Below are positions 59,982 to 64,000 of a stretch of DNA of 64,000 nt, in pieces. The notes below the pieces were generated by a model, which was given only the letters and a program-made list of their open reading frames with translations, made no database searches and was not told the origin of the DNA. Location of the stretch: assembly GCA_965153285.1 (NCBI GenBank), contig OZ229111.1, one strand, 5' to 3'. Both the position numbers and the translations under genes were made by a program. Numbering within the stretch: position 1 is the stretch's first letter; every line of letters begins with the position of its first letter. Source of the stretch: Podarcis tiliguerta. Taxonomy: Eukaryota.

Positions 59982-62900
59982 TCTCTCAGCACGTGCCAAG
60001 TACTCCGTTGTAGCCAGAAAAGAGATCCAGGGCCCAGCAAGCTAAACAGAGCCGTGCAGTCACCAATCCTTCACACCAGATTCATTGTTGCTAGTCTTGG
60101 TACCTGTAAGAGAAACACACACAGAGTCAATGAGCAGGTGACAACAAACTTCATGATGACCCTTTGACTAAGGTTCTGTCATCTGGCTAGTGCATGAAGC
60201 CTTTCAGAAGCTTGAAGCCCAATTGCCCAAAGAACTCTCCCTCTACTTTCAAAATTCTCCAGTTTCTGCCCCAGTCCAGTTCAATCTTTCTGTCAAGGCT
60301 TTTGTTGACCCTCCCACATCCACAATGTCTTCATCATTTTTAGATTTTACATGGAGCTCCCAGGGGCCTCCCATCCAATTTTCTGCAACAGTTTATAACT
60401 TCCTGGCTTCAGTAGCGCTGCAGCATTAAATGTTTCCAGGTTTTTTTACTCCCCATACCCTATATCTTTACTGAGTCATAAAAGTATGTGAACAAAGGAA
60501 GAAATCCAACGATGTATCATCATAGAGCGGGGCAATCTTTCAAGAAAACAGTAGTAAGTTTGAACAGGCAGTTTGCACTTTAATTATCAGAACATAAGAG
60601 CCATTAGTGGAAGATGTTGCATGCCATTCAGTTCCGCTACTTTGAGCTCAACTCCACACTACAGTTTTTCTAGCCCCAATTTGGAATGTTACAAACAAGT
60701 AATCTAAAGATGACAGCTGTTTTACATAGGTCACTGCTACCCAGACATTGGTTCTGTGTAGGAAATTCCATACAAACACCATGTTGCTTGGGAGAATTGT
60801 GTCTATATATTCTGAGAGGTGTGTATGCTGCAAGAACTATTTGCAAAATAGGCTTCCTGCTGCATGGTCGAGAGACAAAAATGCCTAAACATATCTGGGT
60901 ACATGAAACTTCCTGCAGAAGAGCAACAGAATTCCATCCTGCGTGAAGACATTCGCTCTGTATTCCTTATTAGGCAGGTGAATATCTCTACCCACAAGTT
61001 ATCTGACTGGAATCCCCTCTTGATATGAGACCCTCCCCGCCTCCACGCTTCTCACTTTTGTATTGCAGAAATTTCAAATATATTTTCCAATTTCAGAAGT
61101 TGCAACACAGAGATAAATGGGATCCTTTATTAGCTCTATCCATATTTATCTACTGTACACAGACGACCTTTTCATTAGGTAGCAGACATTTTCAATACTA
61201 CTGCTTTTAATAATGGGAAAGTATCAAATGTAATAGCTTTGTTGGGTGTTGACACATCATGCAAGCTTGTCTTTCACCAGCTAAAAAGAATCTACACTGA
61301 CGAGCAATGTCTTTATAGTTCATACAAACACTTTGCTCCATGTACACTTGTAAAAAGCACAGGCCCAGAACTGCTCAGACAATACGTAAATAATAAACTA
61401 GACTAGCATTTGCTCTGATAAAACCATTAAAGGAAAGATCTTCAAGGTCAATGAGTAATAGAAGGCTTCCTTAAAGCTCAAGAACCAAAGTGATGATGTG
61501 ATTACAACAACTCCCAGTTAGGCACACCTTCTCTAGTGAACGGAAACATTCCTCCCATGCACTAAGTTGTGTTAGAACAAGTTCTGACCCAATTTGGAAG
61601 AATACTGATCTGCGGGTTAACATTTCATGTGTGCATTCCAATGCACAATAAAGTGCCTGGACCAATAGCTTAGACAATATTTGAATGCATGAATGTGCTT
61701 CTTACTACATTTTGGTAGCCTTGGGGCAGTAGTAATTTCTGTCTGGAGTGTGGAGAAAAGGGAGACAACACAGGAAGGAGCATCACGGTGTCAGTGTGTG
61801 CAGACTATGAGGCTAAAAGACAGCAACTCTGGAGGTAGCTTCAGCCACATTAGTGCAAATGCACACCCAATGCATTAATGTCTTTTGCTTTGGGCAGAAG
61901 CTCCACCCCCACTGTGTGGCAACTGCACCATATGCTAATATGGAAAGACTCCACTTTGTGGGTGGGGCAGAAATGTCAGCTACCCAACTTCCCCCTTCAA
62001 GCCACCAGTGTCTTCAAACAGCTGGGAAGGCCTCTTCACAGGTGCAGGGAGGGGGGGGCCTCTTCCCCACAACTATGCCATTTGATGCATCTATCTTGGA
62101 AACAAATGAGTAATTATGTACATTGAAATGAGCAGGCCCAGTCTTAAAAGCTACCTGGATAGAGAATCTGGGAACTACGCTTACGTCACTGAGTTCTTTT
62201 GAAGACTAATGGGTTAGAGCAGTGAAAAAATATACTTATAGAATATAACTGGATTTGACTTTGTCTAGTCAGAGGGACCTCAGAGCTTCTTTGCACGGCT
62301 CAGCTGAGCATTAAACGGCTCCCACTCCACAGCTGAGAGAGCTAGGGCAGAAGCAGTTTAAAGAAGTCGAGGGAGGAAGAAGCTGTATCGGGCCCGGTGA
62401 TACAGCTTGCTCCTCTCTCTGCAGTATAAGGGGCTTCACCCAGCAGTATATCGTGGGTGAAACCATCGCTGCTCCTGAGTCCCTCTGCTACCAGCAGCTC
62501 AATGCTGAAAGTGGCACTGGTAGCAGAGGGACTCAGAAGCAGTGTCAGTTTCACTTGTGATATACTGCTGGTTGGAGCTGCTATACATCACCCAGGCCCA
62601 GTTGAAACACCTCCTACTAGGAGTGTCTCTGTTCAGGTTTCCTACCAAACCAGCCAGCCAGGCCCTTCTCCAATATACTATAGCTGTAAAGGAATTTAAG
62701 CAAGGCATTCTATTCTTCTCTCCTTCTGGTCCTCATGGTTCCCCACAGTATGTCAGTAGCTGCCTCTTATTTGTGAGTGGCTCTGTTTTGACGCCATTTA
62801 TGACAGCACTCACAACATGAGTTTGTTATCGGAGGGAGCAAATACTGAATGTGTTAATGGTTCCTTTGGACGAACTACTTACTATAAGATCAGCAAAGCT

Positions 62901-63384
62901 GCCTTGCAAATCAGGCACCTAGTCCTTTACACATTGCAGGACTAAAGATTGTGCGGAGGTTTCTGAAATGAACAGGAAAATAATCTAAAACAAACAACGT
63001 ATACCTTTATTCAAAGTCCAAACATCAAAGAAAGCCGGTCACTTCAGTGCTCCATGGATCTTTGAAAAACAAAAAAACTGAACACTTGGCAATGTAGGCA
63101 CTGCCTTTCCACCAGCTCGTATGTTTAGATAATGTGCTGCCCACCTGGACTTGGGAGCAAACACCTAGAGGCTCCATTTATCAAAATGTGCTTACTTTAA
63201 TTGGAAAAATATGATCCAGGAGTGCTTTGTTGCTGTTGGCCAGAACCACATTAGAGCACATAACATTAGTCTTTATGAACAAAAACACCAACTGCAAACA
63301 GCAACTGCTTGTGACAGAATGCATAAATCTTCATACAACAACTGCAAACAGCAAACAGAACAAAACATTGGCCTCCAAAACCAA

Positions 63385-63800
63385 ATAAGGGAAGCCCTGA
63401 AAGCCCCTCAATACCTTAAGGACCGCCTCTCATACAAAGTAACCTGGACCCTGTGTTTGTCATCTGATGCCATTCTCTGTGTCCCTCCTCCTTGATGGGT
63501 TCAGAGAGTGACCCCCCCCCCCAACTGTGGAATGCTCTCCCCAGAGAAGCTCACCTGGTGCCATCATTACATTAGGCACCAGGCAAAAGCATTCTTCTTT
63601 AGCCAGGCCTTCAGCCACTGAATGGCCTGTTAAAGCTTTTTTTTGGGGGGGAGCCAGGTCAGTTGACTGTTGTTATTATGATTAGTTTATTATTATGCTG
63701 ACAGTTATTGTGCTTTTTATTATGTTTTTATTATCAGTGGTTCATAAAATGTGTTATTAATGCTGTACACAACCCTGGGAGCTTTTGATAAAGGGCGGGA
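63385..63800 (+). mobile_element. L2-type LINE 3' fragment with tail
   Basis: AAGCCCTG..CAATACCTTAAGGACCGCCTC (KAL..PQYLKDRL), TGTGGAATGCTCTCCCCAGAGAAGCT, T-rich tail, AAAGGGCGGGATATAAA. Confidence 0.65.
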
Positions 63801-64000
63801 TATAAACAGAACAAATAATAATTATAATAAAGCAGCTTCCAAAATTATGTAAAAACTTATACCATTTTGTAAGGCCAGATAATGCATATTATACAAGTCA
63901 TCAATCCCACAGCAGGAAGAAATCATATCAAAGCCTTCTAGAAAAACTGCTCTGTTACATTTCTACCCATATGAGATTTACTACCAACATTTCAAGATAC

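Noticed and set aside
60096-60110. AG|GT at the DAG1 exon start as a recursive splice site
   Set aside because: AG|GT is common at exon starts and GTACCA is a weak donor; no further support.

Overview
Vertebrate genomic DNA from a squamate reptile; Sauria SINEs point to a lizard, probably a lacertid. Three spliced genes can be rebuilt. (1) IP6K1 on the + strand has five coding exons (3546-11050, 429 aa), a U12-type (minor-spliceosome) intron and a probable ~5 kb 3' UTR. (2) A NICN1 (nicolin-1) gene on the - strand (22347-17103) keeps six exons with canonical splice sites and an intact CpG-island promoter, but it carries two premature stops, a frameshift and a lost terminal stop, all in exons 4-6. 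(3) DAG1 (dystroglycan) on the - strand has two coding exons (59981-42411, 888 aa) and a ~2.6 kb 3' UTR. The rest is introns and intergenic DNA with Sauria SINEs, MIR-like SINEs, CR1/L2 fragments, Tc1/mariner-type and hAT non-autonomous DNA transposons, a solo LTR and microsatellites. The most notable points are the half-decayed NICN1 copy, a gene order different from human 3p21, a hAT insertion with FOX/RFX motifs inside the minor intron, and several promoter-like or palindromic elements. I found no wholly new multi-gene system. Comparisons to human proteins are from memory, not from alignments run here.
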